From IMG/VR virus record IMGVR_UViG_3300035682_000007: a DNA stretch of 64,000 nt; one strand, 5' to 3'. The first letter of the stretch is position 1, and each line of letters begins with the position of its first letter. Under the pieces are notes generated by a model that searched no databases, was not told the origin of the DNA, and saw nothing but the letters and a program-made list of their open reading frames with translations. Positions 29,956-39,374 of the stretch are shown piece after piece. Both the position numbers and the translations under genes were made by a program. The DNA comes from an uncultured virus (IMG/VR IMGVR_UViG_3300035682_000007) (lineage: Duplodnaviria > Heunggongvirae > Uroviricota > Caudoviricetes).

Positions 29956-30836
29956 TAAGTTGCTTGTATTTGATATAGGTTTACTATTATTTCATTATTA
30001 GAATAACTTACATTATGTTTTTTAGTAATAGTTTTACCATTTTCATCTAAGTTTCCATTTCCTTGGTAGGTATCGTCAATAATATAATAATAACCAGTTG
30101 TATTTCTAATTAATATATATCTAGTATATAATTCATGTACTAATGAATCTACAGGTAATGCATAATTTTTTGTCATAAGGTTAATCGACCTACCAGTTTT
30201 AGCGTTTTTAAAACTAGCTCGCATATATAAATATTTAGTTTCATTAATATTCAATTCATCTTTATAATCATATAAATAATAACCTTCAGAAAAACCTTTA
30301 GGTTTAAGTATAGGGTTTTCAACTACAAAATGTAATTTTACCTCATTTGCTGGTACTGGTTGACCTGGAATACCGATTACTGAACCATAAGATTTTGTTT
30401 GAGCACTTTCAACACCTAAAAAATCATTAACGTTTAATTTAGAAAAAATAGTAGTATATGTGATTAGTCTTTGTGTCATTGGATTAGGTGAATCATAAAA
30501 ACCCATATAAATAAAGCTTTCTTTAAAACAACTTTTTTCATATTTAATATCATCATCAGCAAAACCTATTGCTTTATAATCTGTTAAACCACTTAATTCT
30601 AAATTATATGTTATTGTTATTAATGGTTTATTTTTTAAATTTAAAGGTAAAAACCTAACTTTTTCATAATCTGAAATAGGATTTATTGCATTTTCTACTT
30701 GTACATCAACAAATACTTTATCAATTAATTCAGATTGGCCAATTTCTTGACTTTCTAAACTAATAGGTATGTTTATAGTTGTTGCTGTTGTAGTAGCACT
30801 TAAAGTCGTTAAATTTATTTGATATCTAGCAAACAT
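29955..30836 (-). CDS. putative structural protein (293 aa)
   Basis: Coupled ORF. Confidence 0.6.
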   Translation of the reverse strand: MFARYQINLTTLSATTTATTINIPISLESQEIGQSELIDKVFVDVQVENAINPISDYEKVRFLPLNLKNKPLITITYNLELSGLTDYKAIGFADDDIKYEKSCFKESFIYMGFYDSPNPMTQRLITYTTIFSKLNVNDFLGVESAQTKSYGSVIGIPGQPVPANEVKLHFVVENPILKPKGFSEGYYLYDYKDELNINETKYLYMRASFKNAKTGRSINLMTKNYALPVDSLVHELYTRYILIRNTTGYYYIIDDTYQGNGNLDENGKTITKKHNVSYSNNEIIVNLYQIQAT

Positions 30837-32643
30837 CTTCTTCTGAATTAATTGTAAATTTATTAGTTAATTTTTCACCTATTGGGTCAGATGGAAAATT
30901 GGTATGAAATAAATCCCACGTATTAAATGGGTCTTGTCTTTTTAAATAAAAACAAAAATTATCATATAAATAATGACTACCATTAAGAAATGGGTAATCT
31001 AATGGTTTAATATTAGTTTCAGCAAAACCTAAATCTAACAAATCTCTCCATACAAATCTTCCATCACCTAAATCTATAGCATAAGTTGGTTTATCTACAG
31101 TTGCTGCATCACCAACTTCAATATAACTAGAAAAATTTCTAATTTTCATTATATGATGAGCTTTATAATAATATCCTTCTTGTCTTGGCCCTAAAACTAT
31201 TTTTTCTGTAGTTAAGGTAGCTGCTGAAGCTTGGAGTTTACTTACTGCTTCTAAAGTAGCTGGTGTTTCTCTATTTAAAGTATTAAATCTATGATGAACT
31301 TCCCCTAAAACATATTCAATCAAATTATTATTATTAAATTCCACTAAATCACCATAAAATAAATTATTATTAATTAAAATATTTGACTCTAAAGGTGTAT
31401 AAGAAGGAAATGGTAATGATGTTGATGAATAACCGCCATCGTGTATTTTATTAATAATGGGTAATTTTTTTAAATAATCATAACTTCCCCCATTATTGTT
31501 AAAAACTTCAAAAAATGGAGTTTCTAAACCTGAAGACACATTACTAAATAATTTATTACTATCTGTTTTTATTATACTTAAATATATTTCACTTAATGGT
31601 CTTCCTAAATTATCAGTTAAATTACTAACATCAATATCTTCATTAAAAACAAATTGTACTATTTTATCATAATAAATATTTTCACTAAAACCTAAACCAT
31701 ATGTTTCGTAATCATCTGTTTCAATAATTGGTGTAGTTTTTGTTTTTATTTTTTTAAATTGTCTAAAATAATATTGAGATTCTATCCCATTTATTACTTT
31801 AACCATTCTGGTATCATTATCAATACTACCCGTATTTGGTATATCCAAAACAAAATAATAATCTTTTAAATCACCATTATCTAAACCTGTTCTAACAACT
31901 ACTCGTTGACCATCAAAATCTGTACTACCAGTAATTTTAACAATATCACCAATTTTAAGATTATGTTTACACGCTAAACCAAAACCTGTCATAGGTCTTG
32001 TTGCTATTGTACACGTAACTTTATCTACTATTAATAAACCACCATTAACCATATAATGTGTTGTATCTGCAGATACTGGATATGTTATTGTTAATTCCCA
32101 ATTTTTAACTTGTGTTGTTGTATCAGCAGCTTGTTCTGATGTTGGAGAAAAAGGATTTGTATCTGGAATAAAAGAAAAACGTTCTCGTTTTGGTTCCATA
32201 TCATAAAAATTACAAAAACCTGAACGTGTTTTATCTGGGTTTTTATGACCAAACCAACCATTCATTTCAAGCAAATTATTTTTAAGTGATAATTGATACG
32301 TATAATCGGTTTTATCAGCTACATCATTATCTTTTGGGTATGATGTATCCAAAAATGAAATATCGTTGAATGTGGACCATGTAAATGCGTTTAATTTATC
32401 ATTATTATTTAAATTAAATAATGGATTAGAAACTGTTGGATTTATTGAACCTATTATCCTGTAATAAGAGCTACGATTTCTTTCAGTATCAAATCTATCA
32501 CCTGCATTAACTGTTTTATTTTTTTCATCAGGTGGTAATAATCTTTCTTTCGTATTTAAATTAATTTTTAAATACGTATCATCATTCACAGCTTTTTTTG
32601 ATGTGAAACCATTAAGTCTTTGTTTTAATCTTTCTATATCCAT
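30826..32643 (-). CDS. putative structural protein (605 aa)
   Basis: Coupled ORF; HNLKIGDIVKITGS beta-barrel-type insert seen in baseplate proteins. Confidence 0.6.
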   Translation of the reverse strand: MDIERLKQRLNGFTSKKAVNDDTYLKINLNTKERLLPPDEKNKTVNAGDRFDTERNRSSYYRIIGSINPTVSNPLFNLNNNDKLNAFTWSTFNDISFLDTSYPKDNDVADKTDYTYQLSLKNNLLEMNGWFGHKNPDKTRSGFCNFYDMEPKRERFSFIPDTNPFSPTSEQAADTTTQVKNWELTITYPVSADTTHYMVNGGLLIVDKVTCTIATRPMTGFGLACKHNLKIGDIVKITGSTDFDGQRVVVRTGLDNGDLKDYYFVLDIPNTGSIDNDTRMVKVINGIESQYYFRQFKKIKTKTTPIIETDDYETYGLGFSENIYYDKIVQFVFNEDIDVSNLTDNLGRPLSEIYLSIIKTDSNKLFSNVSSGLETPFFEVFNNNGGSYDYLKKLPIINKIHDGGYSSTSLPFPSYTPLESNILINNNLFYGDLVEFNNNNLIEYVLGEVHHRFNTLNRETPATLEAVSKLQASAATLTTEKIVLGPRQEGYYYKAHHIMKIRNFSSYIEVGDAATVDKPTYAIDLGDGRFVWRDLLDLGFAETNIKPLDYPFLNGSHYLYDNFCFYLKRQDPFNTWDLFHTNFPSDPIGEKLTNKFTINSEEDVC

Positions 32644-32644
32644 T

Positions 32645-35600
32645 TTATCCTACAATATTAAGTACACAACCATTAGCATCAGTAACTGCATCAACATATA
32701 TCAAACTAGTATTATTTATTGTAAATTCTTTACCGCTAGTTATTGTTGTACCATTTGATATTTTTAAAGGTGCTATACCACCAGTAACTGTTATTTTTTT
32801 AGAATATGGACCAGTACCATTAGTTGAAATATTATAACTCAATGCAGCTGTTGGTAATTTGATTCTAGGGTTATACCAACCAGTTGTTGGGAATACACAT
32901 CCTTTATTATCAGTTATTCTAATATAAAAATCGACATAATCATCAGTAGCACCATTTTTAATATTAGTATTTTTAACTCCAGTCAGTGTTACTAAACCAC
33001 TATAATGCGTTAAAGTTTTCATCGTTGAGTTTAATATTGTTTCAACATGATAATCAATTGTATAAGGAGTTCTACTAGTTAAACCTATATCTAATTGATT
33101 AATACTAAATTTATATGTGGCAATATCAGCATTACATTGTTTTTTATTTTGATATATTAATTCCAATAATGGTGAATCGTTAGTAGCTAACCCATCTTTT
33201 ATGTATGTACCAGTTAATATTGGTGGCAATGCCATTTCATAAACCTCATAAGAAATTTCTTCTGAATAACATGGTGGTAGTCGTACATTATTTTCATCAT
33301 AACGAATAATATTATCAGACCAAATTCTAAAAATAACACCATTATCTGCACTAACACTATCTTTAGATAATTTTATTACATATCTATTATTTGATGAAGA
33401 TTCTATAATTGGATTACTAGCCCAACCTTCACCACCATTTAAACTATATTGGATATTTGGTGGACCAGAAATAATGTCAAAAGGTATATAATAATTATAT
33501 GGGTCACACTGTTTTGATACATCTTCATCTGGAGCTTTTTCAATTTTTAATTCTAGGTTATCAAGTGATACATTAACGGATAAAGTTTTTGCAGAAGCAA
33601 CACTATCAAGAACATTTATTGTGTATTGACCTGTTTTTAACCCACTTGAAACTTCATCATATGAAGAATAATTGTCAGGACCACTAATAACAATTTCATA
33701 TGGTTCTACACCACCAGCTATATTTAATTTTATTTCGCCATCATCTTCACCGAAACAATGAACATTTTTCACTTTAGCTGTTATGTTTAAAACACTAGGA
33801 CCAATAATTACTAAATCACTAGTAATACATTCTTGTCTTGGTGTTGATTCATCGTAAACAGTTAATGAATAACCAAGGCTATCACCAGACAAATTATTAA
33901 TTATTAAATTAGTTGTTGCATTACCAAAATTAATAATAGTACCTTTTGAATTTTTAAGTTCATATTTTAATACACCTAAACCACCTCCAACATTTTGTAA
34001 TGTGATAGCACCATCACTAGTTTTATCATGACTTAACATAGCGGAAACATTTGCAAAACAATATAATGGTATTGGACCATTAACTGTTATAGTGTCACTT
34101 ACAATAGTACCTAATGAATCTGTTGCATCTATTGAATAAATACCAGAATATAATTTACATATTTTAGTATCTAAATTACTAGTACTAGCTGAACCAACTA
34201 TTGGTGTAATGTTTAATGGAATTCCTTGTAAATCATTTAAACCAGTAATAGTATAATTAAATGGACCTACACCACCAATAAATGAAAAAGTTATGCAACC
34301 ATTCCCATCTTTTAAATTATCTGGCGTTGAATTTGATTCAATTACAATATCATCTCTTCGTGGTTGTATACATGAAGCAAAGAATTTTTTATTCATTTTA
34401 TCTAATCCAGTAGAACCAGGTTTAAGTCCAAAATAAAAATAATATGAATGGTCTGGTTGTCCAAATGTTAAAGGGTCAGGTGTTGAGTTGCTGAAACTAT
34501 AATTTCTAAATTTACTATAATCATTACCATTATCAATATTATTTACAAAATTATATGTTCCCACATCTTTTATGTTAAAATCACTACTATATGGTAATGA
34601 TAAACTATTCACTCCTTTCCATGGTGTTTTTGAATTATTTAAACCTAAAAATACATCTCTAAACCATTTTCCATTTAATTCATCAATATCACTTATACCA
34701 ATATTGCAATTTGGTCCTTTTACAATTACATTATTAGCATCATAAATAGCTTCGTCAAGATTTACACCCATTTCACAAATATGTCTAACGTTAAGTATTT
34801 GGGTGGTATTAGAATGTAATCCACCACAGTTAATACTAAAAAATAAACCACATGGACTACTTATATTTGCCATACCTGAAACTACTGGTTTTTCATTATC
34901 ATCTACTTCTTCATCATCTGGTGGTAAATTATATGTTGTTGATAATAGTAATTGTTGTATTTTAGGTATTCCTTGCCAATCACATTCAAATACTGAACCT
35001 AAATTAATTAATTCAGTTGTGAATAATTTAATATTTGTAGTTTTGTCAGTTGCCGCATAATAAAAATCATCATTATATTTTTTAATCAAACCTTCTTTTA
35101 AATTTACACCTCTAGTTTGTTTTTGTGAATCGCCACTACCAGTAGGTATACACGTATCTAAAACGATACTTTTGTTACAATCATTACCACTACCAAGTGC
35201 ATCATCGCAATTATATTCACAAAATTTTTCTTTTTTGTTTTTTTTCTTTTTATATTTTAATAGAAAACCATACAAAGAACCATTTATCCAATCATTATAA
35301 AAATCAAATTGGAACATATTTAAAACCCTAGCCAACTGAAAAAGAAAACATTTTTTTAACTCATTTGTGTTTGTGTTAGAATTATCAGTTATCCCACAAC
35401 CACTACAACCAGGTTGGTATTTTATACTTGGGTCACCGCAGTTGATAGGTATACAGTCAACACATTTTATTTTAGGCCAAAGAGTAATTCTAAATAAACG
35501 TTTAACCCTTATAACTCTAGGTGGTATATGATTTAAAAGTGAAATTATACCATTTAGACTTTTAACGATTAAGGAATTAATACCAGATACTATAGTTACT

Positions 35601-37012
35601 ATAATTGTTATTATAATACATAGTATAAGAAATAGTGGACTTGTTTCAGTATTTACTTTATTATATGGAAATGGTGTTTTATTACCTTCTGGCCCATCTA
35701 CATCTTTAATTCCAATAGTTGCTCTAGTTAATGTTGGAGTCCATTTGTTATTACTTTGAAATCTACTTATAAAATTACTTACTGTATATATTTTATTCCA
35801 CGATAAATCTCTAAAACTTGTATCACTAGTTTTATTACCAAATTCATAATCAATATCACTAACTAGTTTAGGGTTATTTGGAACTAAATATCTAGCTCTG
35901 GTTCTTATTCTACCCTCACCTCCATCATTATTCATACCAATATTAAACCTAACTCTAGCTCTAGTTGGAATTCCTTTATCAGGGTCTTGAGATAAAATCA
36001 AATTACCACTTTCATCAGTTACCATATAATCCAAATTCATAGGTATTTGATAAGCCCATGCACCATTTTCATCAATTAATTCTGAACCTTCAACATTAAA
36101 TTCTTCGATTTTATTATCAATAGTTTTTCTAATCATACGAATAGTACCTTCACCAGATATTTGTTCTTTTAATTCACCTAATTTTTTTCTAGGTCTACAA
36201 TTTTTATTTACGCTATTTTTACCATGGTCACCAAAAATACTACCCATAAAGATAGCCGATGGTGTTATGTCATAATTTAAATCTAAATCTAATCTAGTAA
36301 TTCCAATTTCATAACTTTCAATATCACCCCAAAATGGTTGTACGTTTACACCAGCATCTAGGCTTTTTACTTGTACTAATTTATCTAAGTTAGTACCAGT
36401 TGAAAATTTAGTTGTTGAATCAAAACGGGATACTGGAACACCTTTAGAAATCATATCATAAGGTCTTTGCGATGCAATACCAATATCTGAAATATCTGCA
36501 TCTAAATGTACTGTATAATTACCTAATGGTACACCAAAAATCATAAAATCCCCAGCATGATTAGTAGTTGTTGTAAATTTATAATATTTACAATAAACCT
36601 CTAACATGGTATCATTATCTAAAACTTCTCTTTTTGTAGGAAAGGTTCCAATTGGAGAAAAACATTCATTTTGTGAATCAGAATCTTTTGTTAATAAATT
36701 ATATCTTATACCATCACTATTTTTATCACTAACTTTTTCGTAAGGATATAATCCTCTTTTTAATGTATCTTTTTTATCAATATCATCTAACGGTATAAAA
36801 ACACTAACTTTTGCATTTGGAACTCCAAATCCATTATTAATAATTACTCTGCCAACAATCACACCATAATCTGAAGAAAATCTTTTATAGACATCTTCTT
36901 GATTAATATTTAATGATAAAACTTCTAAAAAATCAAAATCTTGTTCTAATTTAATTTTAATATATTTATCACCACCATTGGGTGTTGTTTTTATTCTTAT
37001 TGCTTTTGACAT
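32645..37012 (-). CDS. large Cys-rich protein with central hydrophobic segment and SprB-like repeats
   Basis: PLFLILCIIITIIVTIVSGINSLIV; VHCFGEDDGEIKLNIAGGVEPY...GLKTGQYTINVLDS; VTDANGC. Confidence 0.7.
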   Translation of the reverse strand: MSKAIRIKTTPNGGDKYIKIKLEQDFDFLEVLSLNINQEDVYKRFSSDYGVIVGRVIINNGFGVPNAKVSVFIPLDDIDKKDTLKRGLYPYEKVSDKNSDGIRYNLLTKDSDSQNECFSPIGTFPTKREVLDNDTMLEVYCKYYKFTTTTNHAGDFMIFGVPLGNYTVHLDADISDIGIASQRPYDMISKGVPVSRFDSTTKFSTGTNLDKLVQVKSLDAGVNVQPFWGDIESYEIGITRLDLDLNYDITPSAIFMGSIFGDHGKNSVNKNCRPRKKLGELKEQISGEGTIRMIRKTIDNKIEEFNVEGSELIDENGAWAYQIPMNLDYMVTDESGNLILSQDPDKGIPTRARVRFNIGMNNDGGEGRIRTRARYLVPNNPKLVSDIDYEFGNKTSDTSFRDLSWNKIYTVSNFISRFQSNNKWTPTLTRATIGIKDVDGPEGNKTPFPYNKVNTETSPLFLILCIIITIIVTIVSGINSLIVKSLNGIISLLNHIPPRVIRVKRLFRITLWPKIKCVDCIPINCGDPSIKYQPGCSGCGITDNSNTNTNELKKCFLFQLARVLNMFQFDFYNDWINGSLYGFLLKYKKKKNKKEKFCEYNCDDALGSGNDCNKSIVLDTCIPTGSGDSQKQTRGVNLKEGLIKKYNDDFYYAATDKTTNIKLFTTELINLGSVFECDWQGIPKIQQLLLSTTYNLPPDDEEVDDNEKPVVSGMANISSPCGLFFSINCGGLHSNTTQILNVRHICEMGVNLDEAIYDANNVIVKGPNCNIGISDIDELNGKWFRDVFLGLNNSKTPWKGVNSLSLPYSSDFNIKDVGTYNFVNNIDNGNDYSKFRNYSFSNSTPDPLTFGQPDHSYYFYFGLKPGSTGLDKMNKKFFASCIQPRRDDIVIESNSTPDNLKDGNGCITFSFIGGVGPFNYTITGLNDLQGIPLNITPIVGSASTSNLDTKICKLYSGIYSIDATDSLGTIVSDTITVNGPIPLYCFANVSAMLSHDKTSDGAITLQNVGGGLGVLKYELKNSKGTIINFGNATTNLIINNLSGDSLGYSLTVYDESTPRQECITSDLVIIGPSVLNITAKVKNVHCFGEDDGEIKLNIAGGVEPYEIVISGPDNYSSYDEVSSGLKTGQYTINVLDSVASAKTLSVNVSLDNLELKIEKAPDEDVSKQCDPYNYYIPFDIISGPPNIQYSLNGGEGWASNPIIESSSNNRYVIKLSKDSVSADNGVIFRIWSDNIIRYDENNVRLPPCYSEEISYEVYEMALPPILTGTYIKDGLATNDSPLLELIYQNKKQCNADIATYKFSINQLDIGLTSRTPYTIDYHVETILNSTMKTLTHYSGLVTLTGVKNTNIKNGATDDYVDFYIRITDNKGCVFPTTGWYNPRIKLPTAALSYNISTNGTGPYSKKITVTGGIAPLKISNGTTITSGKEFTINNTSLIYVDAVTDANGCVLNIVG

Positions 37013-37380
37013 TATTTATTATCTTTATTTGTTATATCTTCAACATTTAACATTATTAAATCTTCTTCATCTAAAAATTCATAATCATCATCGTCATCAT
37101 CGTCATCATCTTCATTTTGAGCGTCAGTTGTTTTTTTCATACTTTTGGCTAAATGTAGTAAAAAAGGTTTGATATCTAAATCTCTAGTTAATACTATTGT
37201 TGTAAACATATAATATATTATTACACCCATAATAATAGGTGTAGTTAATAAAACTATCAAAAATAAAATAGTTTTACTAGTATATGATTTTATTTCATCT
37301 ATTATTTTTTTCTTAGGTATTATAATTTCTTCATTAGGTAAAAAATCAATATCTTTTTTTGTTTTACATCCACAACCCAT
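37012..37380 (-). CDS. small membrane protein (MGCGCK start, one TM helix, poly-Asp tail)
   Basis: ILFLIVLLTTPIIMGVIIYYMFTTIVL; EDDDDDDDDD. Confidence 0.7.
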   Translation of the reverse strand: MGCGCKTKKDIDFLPNEEIIIPKKKIIDEIKSYTSKTILFLIVLLTTPIIMGVIIYYMFTTIVLTRDLDIKPFLLHLAKSMKKTTDAQNEDDDDDDDDDYEFLDEEDLIMLNVEDITNKDNK

Positions 37381-37443
37381 TTTTAGCTTTTTTTAGTATT
37401 TATTATTTAGGTCAATATAATTAAAATAATAAATAAGGAAATA

Positions 37444-39264
37444 TTATTTTACTCTAACTATTATATCAGTAGTAGGGTCTTTAACCTCAAACATACTAAT
37501 TGGTTCACCAAAAAGAGTATAATCAGTTGAAATATCTACTTGTCTAGTTGTAGCATCAGAATATGGTTGTGATATCTCATTAAGACTATATTTACCTTGT
37601 CCTACTTTATTATATACTCTTAAATCAATAACATTTAACACACCACCAACATTATTGATAGTTTCAATCAATGATGATAAATAAATATTATCACCCATTT
37701 GATATTTGTTAATATCCATGTATGTTTGTACATCTGAAATTACTTGACTTATAATTTGACCTTGTGGTTGTTTTTTATCAATCATTAAATCAATTTGAAA
37801 ACCTAAATTAATAATTCTACCATTTGTTACTTCAACATAGTCATTAATCATTCTATAATCAGCTAAATATGTTGATATATTATCTCTAAGTACACTAGTT
37901 GATTCGTTGGTTAATTTTGAATTTGCATCTAGGCTAAGAATATAAACCTTAATTTTGTTTTGTTGTTCTAAAACACCACATCTAAATGGAACACCAAAAT
38001 TACCAGGCATTTGAGCAATTCTTGTTTGATAATCTTTAATTGTAACCGCTCTATTTTGTGATGAAAAATTATATCTTACTAAATTTCTAATTTCTTCAAC
38101 ACTGGGAGCGTTTTTACCACCCAAAGCTGGAAATGCGTTATTAACTTTAATTGAGTTTTTAACGGCAGCATTTATTGATGGATTGGAACCATTAACGTTC
38201 ATATTCATTAACCCAACACTAGTTAATACGTTTGGACCAACATTACTATCAGAACCACCACCTACTCTATATTTAATGAACATAGTAGTATTTGATGTTG
38301 GAGTAATACCTAAAGACATATTGTTAATAAAATCACCTATTTGATTAACCAAAGCGGCATTGGTATCAAAATCAGTAAGGCTACTAGTATCTTGTGTACC
38401 ACCACCTAGAATTATTTTGGTAAAACCTAAATCTGTATATTCTTTAATAAATTTTTTATTAGTTGAAATCCATTTACCTGGTCTAACACTTGAACTATCA
38501 CTAATTTTAGAAGTATCCTCAATAAAAACTTTATCTTCAGCCAAAGCATCCATTTCAAACCATCTATTATCTAAATTAAGAAAATCATCAAGTGTTGGTT
38601 GTTTTGTATAACTTGTTCCTGGTAATGTAATTACAGATTCTATAGAAATTACATTATCTTCTGGAAGAATTATTTCTAAAAATGGTTTTACATCAGCACT
38701 GGTTAAAACTCTTTTAAAAACCTTAGAAGTACCATTTGAAACGATTTCTCTTTTTGTAAGTGTGTAATTAACTAAATTACCATTTGAATCAACATTTGGT
38801 ATTATAAGTCTATTAGGAATTCCATTAATATTAAATGGGTTACTAAAATCAATATCATTATTAACTTCAAATACTTTTCCAGCACCATTAACTTGTGAAC
38901 CTGTTCTAATAACAGGTGCATATGAAATATCATATGAATCACCATAAACTGGTACCGTTACTGAAAAATCTACAATTGTTACACTAGGTCTTTTACCTGG
39001 TATTTTTAACCCAAAAGTTCTAGCCATTGAAAGTATTGATTTTCTTTCTTTTGCATAATCAATTTGTGTTTCTTGAAACATTCTATCAGTATTGGTTGAT
39101 AACATATCACCAACAGCTGCATTTAATTCCAAAAGCATCATACCTACTGATGCATCATTAAAATCCCCAAAAATATCTGGATAATATTGTTTTACCATAT
39201 TCACCAAATCTGTACGTATTTCCGCAAAATTCCTACTAGTGTAATGTATTCCGTTGTTTGCCAT
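37444..39264 (-). CDS. baseplate wedge subunit (T4 gp6 / baseplate J-like)
   Basis: YTSRNFAEIR...DFNDASVG, YRVGGG..SNV, SQNRAVTIKDY. Confidence 0.88.
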   Translation of the reverse strand: MANNGIHYTSRNFAEIRTDLVNMVKQYYPDIFGDFNDASVGMMLLELNAAVGDMLSTNTDRMFQETQIDYAKERKSILSMARTFGLKIPGKRPSVTIVDFSVTVPVYGDSYDISYAPVIRTGSQVNGAGKVFEVNNDIDFSNPFNINGIPNRLIIPNVDSNGNLVNYTLTKREIVSNGTSKVFKRVLTSADVKPFLEIILPEDNVISIESVITLPGTSYTKQPTLDDFLNLDNRWFEMDALAEDKVFIEDTSKISDSSSVRPGKWISTNKKFIKEYTDLGFTKIILGGGTQDTSSLTDFDTNAALVNQIGDFINNMSLGITPTSNTTMFIKYRVGGGSDSNVGPNVLTSVGLMNMNVNGSNPSINAAVKNSIKVNNAFPALGGKNAPSVEEIRNLVRYNFSSQNRAVTIKDYQTRIAQMPGNFGVPFRCGVLEQQNKIKVYILSLDANSKLTNESTSVLRDNISTYLADYRMINDYVEVTNGRIINLGFQIDLMIDKKQPQGQIISQVISDVQTYMDINKYQMGDNIYLSSLIETINNVGGVLNVIDLRVYNKVGQGKYSLNEISQPYSDATTRQVDISTDYTLFGEPISMFEVKDPTTDIIVRVK

Positions 39265-39281
39265 AACTATTAATTTTTATT

Positions 39282-39289
39282 ATAAATAT
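39282..39289 (-). promoter_or_regulatory. putative late promoter ATATTTAT
   Basis: 17 nt upstream of the gp6-like ATG. Confidence 0.6.
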
Positions 39290-39302
39290 ATGTTAATAAA
39301 AA

Positions 39303-39346
39303 AATTAATAAATATTTGTTTAATTAATAAATATTTGTTATATTTG
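39303..39346 (+). promoter_or_regulatory. Bacteroidota-type promoter embedded in an 18-bp direct repeat
   Basis: TTTG 39315-39318, 20 nt, TATATTTG 39339-39346; AATTAATAAATATTTGTT at 39303 and 39322. Confidence 0.6.
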
Positions 39347-39374
39347 TAATAATTATAATGAAACACCATAAAGT

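Noticed and set aside
37084..37111. (TCA)n microsatellite as a phase-variation switch
   Set aside because: Triplet repeat encoding poly-Asp; slippage would keep the frame
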